Assembly: GCA_028534125.1 (NCBI GenBank)
Contig: CM052817.1
Span: 91,390,001-91,454,000, forward strand
Source: Lama glama
Lineage: Eukaryota
Direction: 5' to 3'
DNA length: 64,000 nt
Part shown: positions 11,001 through 25,622 of the stretch, one piece after another
Numbering within the stretch: position 1 is the stretch's first letter
How the letters are laid out: each line of letters begins with the position of its first letter
Translations under genes and position numbers: made by a program
The notes under the pieces: model-generated
The model's database searches: none
Told to the model about the DNA's origin: nothing
The model's input: the letters and a program-made list of their open reading frames with translations, nothing else

Positions 11001-14000
11001 ACCACACACAACTACCTTCATTTTTTAACCTAGAATTTTAGCCATATATTTATATTACACACAAAACGATGGAAACTTGACTATACAAAACTCATCCACA
11101 TGAAAATACTCCACACAGTCCAGATGATGGCCAACTGCGTGTGCTGCCAAGAGTATGAGAAGTTCTGCTTCCAATTAATGCTGAGTTACAAGGAAATTGA
11201 TTTTTAGGGAGAAACAGAAAATACTACTGTAAACCATAATAGCCAATAGGTAGAAAAGAGTTAAGATGGTACTGGGAACCCTGCTTCATTACTACTGTTT
11301 TCATGGAAAATCTTTTGAAGTGAGTTATTGTTGGACAAGAAATGTCTCTGCAAGAGCTTACATAAGCTCTCAAGTCAACTTTATTATATTGACTTGATTT
11401 TTCAGTAAGTTTTAAGGAGTAATATGAAGATATTGGGTATTTCTGTTCAACTTTCAGCTTAAGAGAGAGACAGTCTTTGTTATGAAGAGTCATGTTTAAA
11501 TACTTGGGAAACCATCTCTGTGGGAACAGTGAAGCTAAAATAATGTGAGGTGGCACATGTAATTGCACTGGAATCTGCCTGCAGCTACAGTTCTCATGTA
11601 AATTGATTAATGTGGTGATGCTTGTTCTAAAGCTGAAAAGGCTTCCCAGAGCACTATTGAACCAAAACCCTATGCTTGCCCTCTCTAGACTATTTACAAA
11701 GATATGAAGGGAAAAGGATCTGGGTAGAAACCTGAGCAAGTTATCTATAAATATAATGCTTTCCAAAAAATATAACAAGTATAAATGGAATGAAAATTCA
11801 ATTCAGAATAACAAGTGGGCTTTATACTAAGAAAATAAAAATATAGGCTGATTATGAAAAAAACCCACATTTATATTTGGGAATTTCTTCAGTTGATTTT
11901 CCAAATAATCTGAGAAAATTCTATGTTTACATTAGAAATTGTAAGTATTTAAGTGAAGTTAACAATCTGAGCTTTTCTCAAGATTTACCTCTTGGAATAT
12001 ATTTAGGTTGAATTTTATAAAAATGCTGATTTTTAAAAAATTGAAATATGGTTAATTTACAAGGCTATGTTAGTTTCTGGTGTACAGCATAGTGATTCGG
12101 TCATACATAAATTAAAGTTGCTGTTTCTGTAGATTAAAAATGGCCAAATATCAGCAGTTTCATAGAGATCAACTCTATAAAATAGAACATAACTCCCTGA
12201 GCATCATAATTTCATTAAACAAACACTGATTGAGGGCCTTAATGTGTTCCTTCTTCTCAGGCAACTCTCATTCTATTCAGAGATTCTAAAATATGAACAA
12301 ATAATTGAAAACTAGAATGTAAATGCAATAATAGCCTAAGGGATAGAATGACACAAAGGCAGGTGTGATAGCTTCAGCTCAGTCAGCTGAAGAAAAGTGT
12401 TGTAAAGCAGATAATGTTTGAGCTGAGTAATTAGAAGAAGTTGGGCCGGTTGAGGGATTGCGAGTGTCTTTCCAGGTGGAGTGGACGATGTATACAAAAC
12501 CTTTGAGGCATAAAACAGGATGGCAAGTTCAAGTCATAATGCTGCTAAATCATTCGGACTGCCTGGACCAGTTGAGTGAAGGTGGCTGAAAGCTGCAGGC
12601 AAATAGAAATAGGGACGAAAAATAAGACTGAAGAGGGACTAGACAGCTGTGGTTTGTGGAGGGCCTTGAATGTCATACTGTAAAACAAGAATTTCGGTGG
12701 TAAAGAAGCAACAAATTCAGATATCCTCAGTCAGATACTGGTGGGCTTGTGAAAAGTTTTAAAATGCTAGGTAATGTGATCAACTCAACCATTTTAAAAG
12801 GGTAACTCTGAATAGTAGGGAGACTTGCTAAGTGGTTGCATGTGTGAGAAACTGAACTAAGGTAACAGTTTGGAGACAGTTTGAAGATTAGAGTCTTCTG
12901 ACTGGGAGGAGTAAGAGGTGCGATGGTGGTGAATTTTAAAAAGCTTAGTTCCAGAATATTTTGCTAGTATCTGAGTTCTTTAAAAAAAAAAAAAAAGTAA
13001 TACTTTCCTTATTGAATTACTATGTGAATAGAATAACTGGCTTGTGGCTTTGTAAAACCTATTATTCTATATATCTCAATAATACACTAAAGTCACTGCA
13101 TGATTAATTCAATCAACTATCATAATTATGATCTAAAGATGAAATTTAAAAATCAGTTTAATTGGTCATTCTATTTGTTTTTTGTTTGTTTGTTTCTGAT
13201 TGAGGCATAATAGATATTACCACAGTCCACACAGAATCTTCCCCTCTAAAGGAAGAGGCTTTCCCTGGTTCTGAATGAAAGCATTTCTGATATGTGAGGA
13301 GGGAATTCTCATTCTTAAAGGGACAGTAATAATGCCCACAGTCTTGCCATCTTCACGTCACTTGATAAAGAAAAATGCTAATTTTCTCTTCATGTCCTTC
13401 CCTTACCCCAGAAATCACTATCTATATGAAAAGATCTCAGAAAATATAAGTTAACTTTTTGTATTAGTTTAATCATTAATTTGGATAATGGATATTTAAA
13501 ATTAGATATCCACATTCAAATAATATTTAAAACTGTCTAAATTCCTCCAACTTATTCAGTAAAACCTTATCCCCAAAGTTAAATAAAAATTTCTTTAGAG
13601 AGACTTCTAACTGAGGGACAATTTGCTGTATTATGAAGGACGGTGTTGCTTCTGGCCAACAGATGCTATCTAACAGGACACATACTTGGCACAGAAATTA
13701 CTAACACATTCAGAAACTAATCTTCCCTGAATCAAGCTTCAACTCTCAAAAGCTGGCTGTGGAATACACTGTACTTTGTAATAGAAAATTCACATTTTGG
13801 AAAAACAGTAGTTACTGCAGACCCATTGTTCGAGACTGCTCCATACATTTCTTTCAACAGTTAAGTAACATTTAAATATCATGGGCATGTCATTGGTTAG
13901 AAAGCGTGTTGAGTTTTTCTAAACTTACTCTTCCTTTATATTCCTGTCTTTATCAAAGAGAAGTAATTTGGTTATCTAATTCTGCTGCCAATTTTTATCT

Positions 14001-14439
14001 TTTGCAATGGGTTTCCCAATCTAGGCCCCACACTCTATTTATCCCATTTTGACTTTCTTAATGTATTTTTTAATTCTGTTAAAATCAGTCAATGGTCTGA
14101 TAATTAAAATGCTGCTTATAGAATACTGTTGTTAAACTTTCATTACACTGGTTATTAGTCAAAAAAGGTTAATACAATATAGGTTACTTTTAGACTTCAA
14201 AATGTGATTTTGAATAAATATTGAATTTTAAAAGGAAAAAAAAATCCTTCTGTATGCAGTTACACTTGGCATTTAGTAGTTCTAAAAAAAATTTCAGGAA
14301 AGGCAAACTATTGGCCAGAAAGTTAAACCAGACAAATTCTGGATCTGTGGGCACAGCTAATTCTTTCTTCATTCTAGTTAAATACAACACGTGAAAGCTA
14401 GGCTGCACCAAATTCAGTTTTCTTTCCTGATCATCTTAA

Positions 14440-14905
14440 CTACATCTCGCTGCTTAAACTGTCCTAACTTCATGGCTTAATACACAACCATCTTTTTTGC
14501 TCACAGTTCTGTGGATCAGCCATTTAGTCTGTGTTCAGCTGGATGGTTCTTATCTGGTCTTGCTGGGTCATTCTGACGACTACAGCCATCAGGCATGTCT
14601 GGTCTAGGATGGCCTCACTCACAGAGCTGGGGCTGGTGCCAGGTCTAGGCAGGGCCTCTTTCTCCACATGGTCTCTCATCCTCATGGAGTAGCCCAGGCT
14701 TTTTCACTTGGCAGTTCTCAGGGTTCCAAGATTGGAAGAACTCTCACAAAGTTACTCCCACAGCATTCTACCAAGCAAAGTACAAGACAAGCCTGAATTC
14801 AAGGAAGTGAAAAAATAGTCTCCATCTCTTGATGGGAAGGAATGTAAAGTCACACTTCCCAGGAGTGCACATATGGGGGAAGAATCTGCAGCTATATTCA
14901 ACCCC
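14440..14905 (-). mobile_element. MaLR (MLT1-type) solo LTR
   Basis: GCTCACAGTTCTGTGGATCAG...TCCATCTCTTGATGGGA motifs. Confidence 0.65.
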
Positions 14906-16829
14906 AGTGTAACTAAACAGTTGGTGAAAGAAGTTCCCCTTTACAGAAGTAGTCCCACTAGTAAATAATGATTACAATATCACCATTTCACAACTTCTAA
15001 TGAAATAATGGATCAATGACTTCTAATATCACAAAGAGAAAAGCAATTAAACATTGTGAGTCCAGATGGAAGTGTGAATGCCACCTCTGAAGTATTTCTG
15101 TCAAAACAATAAACCTAGATCTGATCAAACCTCTGGCTCTAAATACCAACTTATGGGTAGTACAGGGGAGAGGAACATGTTAAAACAAAACAAATAAACC
15201 AAAAAAAAAAAAAAACCCCAAAAAACCAGGTGGTTGCAATAAGCAGAATCCAGACTGAAAAATTGTTCAGATCAAATGAGCCAGTTTATTTTAAAAAATA
15301 AATAAACTGCAAGAAAAAACAAAAGGGGAAACCTGTAGAAAAAGAGACTTAGGGATGTCTTGACCGATTGCAATTTGTGGACTTCAGATTCTGGGCTAAA
15401 AAACAAACTGAAAAGGAGAGAAAACCTTTGATGAGGCAGTTGAGGAAATTTGATTACTGACTAGATAATTAGTAATACTAAAGAATTATTATTGTTATTA
15501 TCATTAAAATTTTACAAACAGGCAGTGGTGGTGGTAGAAGATTAAGTGGGCAGGACTATGAATCTAAGATTTGCCAAGAATTGATAATTGAGGTCACATG
15601 AAGATTCCTTATACTGTTCTCTCCACTCTTGTTTGATAATTTCCACAATATAACATTTAAAAGAAAAAAATATATATATTAACATTTTTTTTAAGACGAA
15701 GGAATTCTTCTTTTTGAAAGACTTCCTGGGGGCATTATTGTGGCTGAATAAAATACCTAGAATTATGGTGATTTCATCCTGTGATTATGAGGAAAGCCTA
15801 CCAAGGAGAAAGCAAAAACATTCCTGAAACTAGAGCAGAATAATAGAAATAACCTGGCTCTTGATGACCGAGCCACAGAATAAACTAACCCAGAAGCTAG
15901 CTGACCTCCAGATAGCTGGCTAGATAATAACTATCTCTGTTGTTTCATCTATTTTGAGTTGGTTTCTTTTATTTGCAGCACAAACCATCCTAACCGAAAC
16001 AGTGGAGATGAATGCATTTTTGTATGTGTGTTGAGGTTGTATGAGTGGTAGTGGGTTGTGTTTCTGCTCCATCTTACAGAATGTTTAGTGAAACAGCATC
16101 CCTTAATTTATGAGTCTAATGCAGAGTTGGTATTGCAACAAATTCAAAACAAATCCAGGGTACATCTTGTACCTCAGAACTGAATGTTGCTCTGCAATGA
16201 TTAAATCCTTAGAGTTATTTTTTCTTTGTACCTCTCAAATTCCAGAGGCATTAAACCAGCCAGTATATCACCTTCCATTTATATCCTACCCTAGTTTACC
16301 ATGGATGAAAATCTTAGCAGCCACTCTGCTACAGAAGGCCAGGGACCAGCAATCCTCCACCTACCACCGGTGATGGGGTCCTTATCCCCATCTAGCTGGA
16401 GAGTGATACAATTCCAGAACCCTATTCTTAGAGTCAGCTTCCTAGGTCTATGTCCATTACCAATTATCTAGGTGGAGTTTCTAGAAACTGCTTGAAACAG
16501 GAATTTGGGGACAGGTGATTTGTTAAAGGGATGCTCTCAGGAGAATAGGAAGAAGGCAAGCAGAATAGAACAGGAGGGAAAGTTAAGCAAGGATGTAATC
16601 TCAGCTGGAAACCAGCTTCAGCCTGAGCCCCTGGGGAGCTCTGAGTGGTCCCACAGGTTGGCCCTACCTTTTGTATAAGCCAGTCATCCTTTGTGAGCTG
16701 CCTGAGATGAGGCTGGGGGTGGGCTGTGTGTGTAACACAGCAGCTGAAAGTAAATGGCACAGTTAAAGGGTCCTGGTCAGAGCATCAAGAGCATCCACTA
16801 CAACTTCCCAACTCACTCGAATAATCAAA

Positions 16830-17490
16830 ATCTTACTGCGTGATCTAGCCCATCCCTGCATAAACATTCTTCCTCTCTGAAATCTCCAACTTTTACTCTC
16901 CTTCTTCTCCATTCCACTTAGCCACACTGGCCACCTTGCAAGTCCTTATTCTCTGAACATGCTTCAGATCCTTCCACTTCTCAGTTCCCTCATTCGGAAT
17001 GCTTTTCTGCTGTGCTTCCTCCTCCCACGTCCTCATGAATAGGTCCTTTATACATCCTTCAGATTTTTACTCACCAGACAGCTTCTTAGTTAGGCCTTCT
17101 CTGGCTGCCCTGTCTAAAATGACAGCTCCAGAGGGCAGGGTATAGTTCAGTGGTAGAGCGCATGTTTAGCATGCATGAGGTCCTGGGTTCAATCCCCAGT
17201 ACCTCTATTAAAAAAACAAAATATAAAATAAAATAAAATGACAACTCCCACCCCAACCAACACTTATAATCCCTTTACTTTCATTACTTTTAAAATACTT
17301 ACCAGTATCTAACATAGTATATAGTTTTCTTATTTATCTTGTTTATTGTTTGATCATACTCTAGAACATGAGCTGGGATGGGTAAGAATTATCTTTAAAA
17401 AAAAATCTCAGCACTTAGAACAGTGCTTGGTACGTTACAAGTGCTCAGTTCATATCTGTTTCATATGTGAATGAATGAATGAGTGAATGA
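16830..17490 (+). mobile_element. L2 3' relic
   Basis: Ends CAGCACTTAGAACAGTGC...(TGAA)n, the typical L2 terminus. Confidence 0.65.
17131..17233 (+). mobile_element. tRNA-derived SINE (Vic-1-like) nested in L2
   Basis: SINE head; TSD TAAAATGACA(G/A)CTCC. Confidence 0.9.
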
Positions 17491-17740
17491 TCCCTGGCAC
17501 AAAGTGGAAGTCCTCAGTAAACATTGCTTGAAATGAGCTAAACCAAAATGGAAAATATTGGCACAGCCCCCATGTAATGGGAGAAAGGAAATATTGTTAT
17601 ATGCTGAGTTCTCCATAGATTATGTTTTCTTTGATAACATTGCAATGTTCACGTGATGTCACATGTGTGTATATTAATATGTATTATTTATGAATATAAA
17701 TATTAGTAAACAAAAAAAGAAGCACTAAAGAGTTTCCAAA

Positions 17741-17746
17741 TTTATT
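17741..17746 (-). terminator. Probable MGARP polyadenylation signal AATAAA
   Basis: First AATAAA seen on the minus strand after the stop, about 360 nt downstream, followed by a T-rich element (ctttttttgtttac). Confidence 0.7.
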
Positions 17747-18105
17747 TAAATGAGTTCAGATCAAAACCCAAGAATCTAGATTTACATACATTAAAGAAAG
17801 GTAAAGTTATAGCAAAATTAAAGTGAACGCAGGTTGTATAGATAGCTCAATGCCTCTGATATAAAATTTCAATCCAGAGATGAAACTCTAAACTCTTTAC
17901 AGCTTTCATATTCTGATCCTAGAGAGTAGAAAACTATTCAGACATGTAAAATCTCTCATCTCTCAATCCTGAAATCTATCAGTAGACACCAACAGTCCTC
18001 AAGGCACAGTAACGTTTTCTAGAAGAGAAGCCTTTTTTAAAAACTAAGGTTACTAAAACTACAAAAACACCCATCAGCCCCTCTAGGGCATTTTTGGCTT
18101 AAGTG

Positions 18106-18624
<519 letters not shown>

Positions 18625-18682
18625 TTAAAGAGCAAGAAAATACGGTGGGACACTGCACAGTCATTAAAAAAATATAAGATGA

Positions 18683-18807
18683 GGGGGGCGGGGGTGGATA
18701 ACTCAGTGGCAAGAGAGCATGCCTAGCAGGAACGAGGTCCAGGGTTCAATCTCAGGTACTGCCATTAAAACAAACAAGCAAACAAACAAACAAACAAACA
18801 AACAAAC
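18683..18807 (+). mobile_element. tRNA-derived SINE with (AAAC)n tail
   Basis: SINE head GGATAACTCAGTGG...GGTTCAATCTC followed by an AAAC microsatellite. Confidence 0.85.
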
Positions 18808-19149
18808 AATGAGACAGATCAGTAAGTAGAGACATGAAATGGAATCAAGGTGGTCTGTTAAGTGAAAAAAAGCAAAGAAAAGAGCAATGTATATAGTATG
18901 GTACTTTTTGTGTTAGGACAAAAGGGTAAGATAGACCTAGATAGCTATACTTGCAAAGACTCTCTCCAGGGGATACAAAGAAACTAGTATTATTGGTTGC
19001 CTCTGTGGAGGTAAAATGGAGGATCTGCTATTCTGCAAACCCTTTTGAAACTGCTTAAAAAAAATAATAATTTACATGTATTATTTATTCAGATAGAAAC
19101 CATGAAAATAAACAGGCAACATGTCATGTGAAATAGCATGGAAAAGTAG

Positions 19150-19335
19150 CCAACTTACTGGCTGATGACACTGAGGAATAACTACGCCTCTCTCAACCTC
19201 AGTTTTGTCATCTGTAAAATGGGGATACTAATAATATCTACCTCACAGAGCTATTGTGAGGATTGATTAGAATAATGTGTATGAAAAGGGTTTAAAACCA
19301 AGGAAGTGCTATAGAAATGCTGTATTTTATTATTA
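19150..19335 (+). mobile_element. MIR
   Basis: CCTCAGTTTTGTCATCTGTAAAATGGGGATA...GTGAGGATT core. Confidence 0.75.
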
Positions 19336-20020
19336 TTACGATTAACATTCTCATGATTATATTCAATAATGTTTATTGATGATATACTGTTTCTTATTGT
19401 TGTCTAAAGGTTAAATGACTAAAAGGTTAAAACTGGTCCATGAGCAGCTATTTCCTCTGTCCCTTAATAGTGATCATAGTATTTGATAATAATGGCATTA
19501 TAGTTGAGATGGAAAAATCATGGTTTAAAGCAAGCAGTTTAAGGGAAGAAATATACATTAGAGTGAAAAGGTAAAGTTTCTGTTCCCATAAGTTGCCATT
19601 TTATCAGTCAGATCAACTGAGGGACTCAGCAGACATGACCAAATCTACTAGTGTCACTACACAGGTGGTCTTAGCCAAAATGGAAACAAAATTAGTTTTA
19701 TGACTTAAAAAACACTGAGGGAAATCAAAGGTCAAGCTGCTGAGAGAGACAGATACTAAAATTAGGCCTGCATGAATGGAAGCCTGAGCAGGGAAAAGTA
19801 ATATCACCACACAAAGAAGTCAAAGCTGCTGGTCAGCAGTACAAATGTACAACGTTTTCATTTATCAAATGCACTCATCCAAAATGTCTAACAGTATTCT
19901 TTAGGCTTTGGTTGGACTTTTCCTTTTTGAACAGACTCTTACCCAGTGCCATTCTGGACTAGTTAGTAAAGAAGCCAAAAGCAAATAGTGTTCATTGCTA
20001 GACACAGATGATGAAAATCA

Positions 20021-20170
<150 letters not shown>

Positions 20171-20424
20171 TTAAGTTTATTTCTTGAGCTATAAGACTCA
20201 TCATGCCAAATTTAAAGGTATATACAGTTCAAAGAAGAGAAACCAATACACACCACCTACTCTTTTATTTCTCCTTTGGAAATCTTTGTCATTAAGTAGA
20301 ATGCTTAAAAAAGGAAAGACACAAATGCTCTAAGAGAAGTCAAAGATAACTGAAAACACAAAGTAGACAGAAAGACAAGGAAGAAAAAAATTATGCTAGA
20401 ATCAATTTACAAATACCCTCCAGC

Positions 20425-21170
20425 ATTTAACTCAGAGAAAGGGAAATTTATGTGCGCACAAAAACCTGTACACAAATGTTCACTGTAGCTTTATTTGTAA
20501 TAGCCAAAAACTGGAATCAGCCCAGATGTCCTCCAGCAGGTGACTGGTTACACAAACTGTGGTGCATCCATAACAAAGAAGACTCCTCAGCCATAAAAAG
20601 AATAAACCATAGATACAAGAAACAATTTGGATGAATCTCCAGGTAAATTACGCAGTGTGAAAAAAAGCCAACTTCAAAAGGTTACATACCTTAGGATTCC
20701 ATTTATGTAACATTATTTTTAGGGGGGTAACATTCTTGAAATGACAAGAAATACAGAAATAGAGAACAGATTAGTGGTTGCCAGGAAGTAGGAGGGAGGG
20801 GAGGGCAGGAGGGAAGTGAGTACAGGCACAAAAGAACAACACAAGGGACCCTTGTGGTGATGGAACTGTCCTGTCTCTTGACTGTGGTGGTGAATACATG
20901 AATCTACACATGTGGTAAAACTGCTTAGGACTATGTACATGCATGTGAGTGCGCGTACTCACATACACACGTGTATGTAAAGCTGGTGAAATCTGAATAA
21001 GGTCTATGGATGTCATCAATGTCAATTTCCTGGTTGTGATACTGCATTATAGTTAGAAAAGATGTTATCACTGGGGGAAATGAGGCGAAAGGTATACAAG
21101 CTCTCTCCGTATTGGTTCTTATAACTGTATGTGAAACTCAATTCTCTCACAATAAAAAGTTTTCAAAAAG
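20425..21170 (+). mobile_element. L1MC-like ORF2 end + 3' UTR
   Basis: TKTCTQMFTVALFVIAKNWNQPRCP is L1 ORF2 C-terminus-like, followed by a typical L1MC 3' UTR. Confidence 0.8.
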
Positions 21171-21399
21171 TCTTCCAAACTGACAGATTTGTAGACCCTA
21201 ATGAAGATCCCTTAAGTAAGCTAGGGTTAGTCACTAAAAGCAGCAATATGTCCTGCCTGCGGGTTTTACTTAAGAAACAGAATTGGGAATAAAGCTGTCT
21301 TTATCATAGAGACAATGTGCAGGCTTTAATTTCATATTCAAGTAGTCATCTCTGGCCTGTATTGCTATATGCCAATGAGAGTTTCAAAATGAAAATCTC

Positions 21400-21645
21400 G
21401 GTCACTCTCTCTCTTGCCTTCTGAGACAGCCCTCACTCTGTCTATGGAGTGTGTATCTCCTTTCATTTTAAACTAAACACCCCACATCTCACAGCCTCTC
21501 TCTCTCACCTTTTGAGGTGGCTCACATTCTGCCTATGGAGTGTGTATCTCCTAAGCTGCTCTCCCTTCTGAGTGAGACAGCCCACACTCTGTCTATGGTG
21601 TGTGTCTCTCACTGAATAAACTTGCTTTCACTTTAAAAGAAAAAA
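21400..21645 (+). mobile_element. ERV-LTR-like fragment with poly(A) tail and TSD
   Basis: Three copies of CTCTGTCTATGGAGTGTGTATCTC-like units, AATAAA at 21615-21620, A-tail at 21635-21645, TSD GAAAATCTC at 21391-21399 and 21646-21654. Confidence 0.65.
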
Positions 21646-21816
21646 GAAAATCTCACTAATTAGATGATATTGTCTGTATTATCTCAGCTTAAGAAAGTGT
21701 TGGTAGTGATTTATCTTTTAGGAATATAGATTCAAAAAATTGTATATTTATATGTAGTATTTTCTCAATTTTTAATAATCATGAACCAAGCACAACATTA
21801 AAAATCATCCTATGCA

Positions 21817-21936
21817 GGGAGAGGATACAGCTCAGTGGCAGAGCACATGCTTAGCATGCATGAGGTTCTGGGTTCAATCCCCAGTACCTCCATCAAAAAT
21901 AAATAAATAAACCTAACTACCTCCTCCCCTCAAAAA
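21817..21936 (+). mobile_element. tRNA-derived SINE (Vic-1-like)
   Basis: SINE head and tail; TSD AAAAAT(C/T)ATCCTATGCA. Confidence 0.9.
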
Positions 21937-22499
21937 AAAAATTATCCTATGCAAATTACAAACTATTTTATAGTATGTTAAAATTAGGCTATGAAACTGG
22001 AAAATCCATAACCTTGGGGATGGAAATGATGCAAAAGTGGCCCTTTAACAAACCCACGGTGTTTGGTGAATTCAGACTTGAATCATCTGGCTATGAAACT
22101 CACAGAACAAACAGGATCAGCAGGGATGACAGTCAACATTTTTGTATAAAAGCAGGAATATTTTCCTAATGGGGTGGGAGCTCCTGACAGCTTACAGGGC
22201 CAGGAGGCTGAGTCAGCACCCTCAGTTCTCAGTACAGTAAAACTGAACCTCTGCCCAAATTCCTGTCCTTGAAATGACCATCCAGCCGCAACATCCCAAG
22301 GACATTAGTCTTACTGTTCAAGGGGCTAAAACACAATTCAGCTGCTAAAGCAGAACCAAAGAGGTGAAATACAAGAATAATTCATAGTAACATGTAACCC
22401 AGAGGATCTAGCTTTTCCAAATTGAACATAGTCGAGCACAGAGTAGAAGAAAGTTCTATTAGAAGAGAGGGTCTCAAATTTAGACTTTGAAAGTTATTA

Positions 22500-22604
22500 T
22501 TTTTTTTGGTGGGAAGGGTAATTAGGTTTATTTATTTTTAGAGGTGGTACTGGAGATTGAACCGAGGACCTTATGTATGCTAAGCATGCACTCCACTTGA
22601 GCTA
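22500..22604 (-). mobile_element. tRNA-derived SINE (Vic-1-like), slightly 5' truncated
   Basis: Reverse-complement SINE; AAGTTATT flanks. Confidence 0.85.
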
Positions 22605-23624
22605 GAAGTTATTTCTAAATGATATTTATTTATTAATGTTAGCATCTAAAATATACCACAACTTTTAGAAACCAGTCTGGCATTTTGTCTTTTAAGATAT
22701 CCAGACCCTCAAAATACTGAAGTGACCTGGGCCTTTCTCAGATTCAAAGAGGCTCTAGTAGTAGATTTTACTTGGAAATAAAAACGGGCTCTTGGGTATG
22801 AAGCATCTGTGGATTTAATTCAGAGAAATCTAATATCGAATTTATTTTAGTGCAGGACATGGAGGGGAAGGGGAGGGCCAGAAAATGGGTTTTTGAGTGC
22901 CTCACATTCTGTATTTCCTCCTGAAAGCAGTGTAGTGATGTCCAGATGAAATTCAGTCTTCCAGCTTCCTGCATAATCACATGGCCTAGTTTAATCTATT
23001 TTTCCAGTGGCCTGTATCCAATGATAGTAGCCCTGGGCAGTGAATTCAATTTTAAGCAGTAGAAAGATGTCAGAAGCAGAGGAATCTGGGTATGAGTGAA
23101 AGCTGGTAGATTAGGGTAGGGCAATAATATAAGTGACATGTTTGACATTTCCTGGCTTCTCAAGGCTTTCAAATTTCTGAAGATTAGAATATGTATTTTG
23201 GTTTCGGCATCTGCATAGACCTACAAACTGCCAGTTATGACTAAAAATCCCTTTATGCATATTTCTGTAGGGCCAAAACAAAATGTAGTGATTGTGTAGT
23301 CTTATGGTTTCTGAAGAATTTATATTTATTCTACTTTTATTCATAATAAAGATTAGATTTCCACTTAGAAAGTTTACAACATTGTAAAATGATTATAAAT
23401 CAATAAAAAATGTTAAAAAAAGTTTATGACAAAATGATGAATGATTAAATAGGTTTATCTTATTAACTCACAAATGTTTCACTTTTTTAGTTTCAAAAAT
23501 CATACTATTAAAGCTTTGTTTTATAGTCTTAATTTTATATGACTTTTGAATTAAAAGAATTATAGATAAATACTACTTAAAAAAATAAAAGTATATAAAG
23601 ATATAAAGCTAATAAAAACCATGG

Positions 23625-23768
23625 AGGGGGTGGGTATAGCTCAGTGGGAGAGCACACGCTTAGCATGCACAAAGTCCAGGGTTCAATCCCCAGTACCTCC
23701 ATTAAAAAAATTTTTTTTAATTATTTAAAAAAAAATTGAAAACTTCAAAAAAAACCCCAAAACAAACA
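23625..23768 (+). mobile_element. tRNA-derived SINE (Vic-1-like)
   Basis: GGGTATAGCTCAGTGG...GGTTCAATCCCCAGTACCTCC with an A-rich tail. Confidence 0.9.
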
Positions 23769-23769
23769 A

Positions 23770-24135
23770 AATCCTATGGAGATAGTAAAAAGATTAGGAG
23801 GAGGGAGGGAAGGATGAATACTTGGAGCACAGGGTATTTTTAGGGCAGTGAAACTATTATGCATGCTACTGTAATGATGGATACATGTCATATATTTGTC
23901 AAAACCCACATAAAGTACAACACAAAGAGTGACCCCTCATGCAAACTATAGACTTTGGTTAATAATAATGTATCAATATTGACTCAGTTATAACAGATGT
24001 ACGTCACTAAAGCAAGATTGTATGGAAAAGGGGGCAGAGGGGTGAGAGGAGGTGTATGGGAATTCTCTGTACTTTCTGCTTATTTTTCTGTAAACCTAAA
24101 ACTGCTCTAAAAAATTAAGTCTATTAATTTTTTTA
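23770..24135 (+). mobile_element. L1MC-like 3' UTR
   Basis: TTTTAGGGCAGTGAAACTATT...GATACATGTCA...GTAAACCTAAAACTGCTCTAAAAAA. Confidence 0.75.
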
Positions 24136-24445
24136 AAGTTAATCTCTCAAAATAGTTCTTGTTAAATGTTTATAATAATACCTACCTTATAGAATTGTTG
24201 TAATTATTAAATAAGGATGATTCTGTCATATGGTAAACATTCAAATGTCAGCTATTTGTACTATTAGTATTTATAACAACATTGTTTTTACTAGTTCATT
24301 CATACTTAGTGGTAGTCAGTATTTTGTACTTAAATTTTTTTCCCATAATCTTATATATTCAGTTAATCCCATGTCCTAGCCTTGACATTGCTTTGAGTTT
24401 TATCACAGGTTGTAAAATATATGAATTCCTGAACAGAGTTAGTTA

Positions 24446-24616
<171 letters not shown>

Positions 24617-25622
24617 TTACATCTTTAAAATTTTCGCCTCAGTGAACCTAGAATCTATTAACATCAACTGATTTTAGCTTAAGGGAATACAGCGTTACAA
24701 GGTAGGGTAATAATTCCACTTGACATTTTCCCAATCTAATTTGATAAGTACTTATAAAACCTGTCATCTTGATGCTTAGCATTATGCTTTTCTTGGAAGG
24801 AGTTCAGGCGAGGATAGAGAAAAAAATGACAAAAGCACTAAACAATTTTAACAGTCAAACGAGATGCATATTAGCAAAAGAAAGCTGTTTATTGTATGTA
24901 TTACACCACAAGATTCAGTGAAAAAGATAATTTTTTAAAAAAATGAAGCACATCTGTGCTTCAAATTTATATGTTAAATAAAACATATTGAAATCCAGCA
25001 CATTTCTATAAATGTGTAATACAAATGTAGTTAAGGAAGAAACTTGAATTTTTTTAATATAAAGTCTTCAAAGATGGGCAAATACAAGCTTTTTAAAGAC
25101 AAATGTTACCATAAGTTTTTATCTAAAATAGGAGTACAATTCTGTACAAACTAATAAAAATAGATAAAGGTGCTATATTATTATATTTAAATATATTAAT
25201 TCTGTCATGCTAGAATTTGTATGTACCATATGCCCTGGAATTGAAATTTTTATAATAGACTCAAAGCTAGAAAAAGCTTAAAGTTCATACAGCTCATATT
25301 CTTTATTTTAAAGATTAAAAAGGTGGAGACATTTATTTACTTGTTCATCAAATACAGCTGAGCTACTATTATGTGTCTGGCATTTTAGAAGCATTAAGGA
25401 TGTAACTGTGAAAAGGACACCCAAGGTCTGTGGTCTCAAGTAGCTCACAGTCTAGAAAGAGGGAACTGATGCACAGACAAATAACTGTAGACAAATAATT
25501 GCAAGGCAGTATGACAAATGTTGTAATGGAGGTAAGTAGAAGCAGCAGTAGCAGGAAAATGCAGTGAAAGAAATCAGCTAGTTGGCTAGAGGTAGCTGTC
25601 ACAACTGAAAAGACATGACCTG

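Noticed and set aside
20452..21025. Short ORFs at 20452, 20719 and 20771
   Set aside because: They lie within an L1MC-like relic.
21400..21634. CRISPR-like repeat-spacer array
   Set aside because: Eukaryotic context, only three degenerate units with uneven and related spacers, and no cas genes. It is an LTR-type internal repeat.
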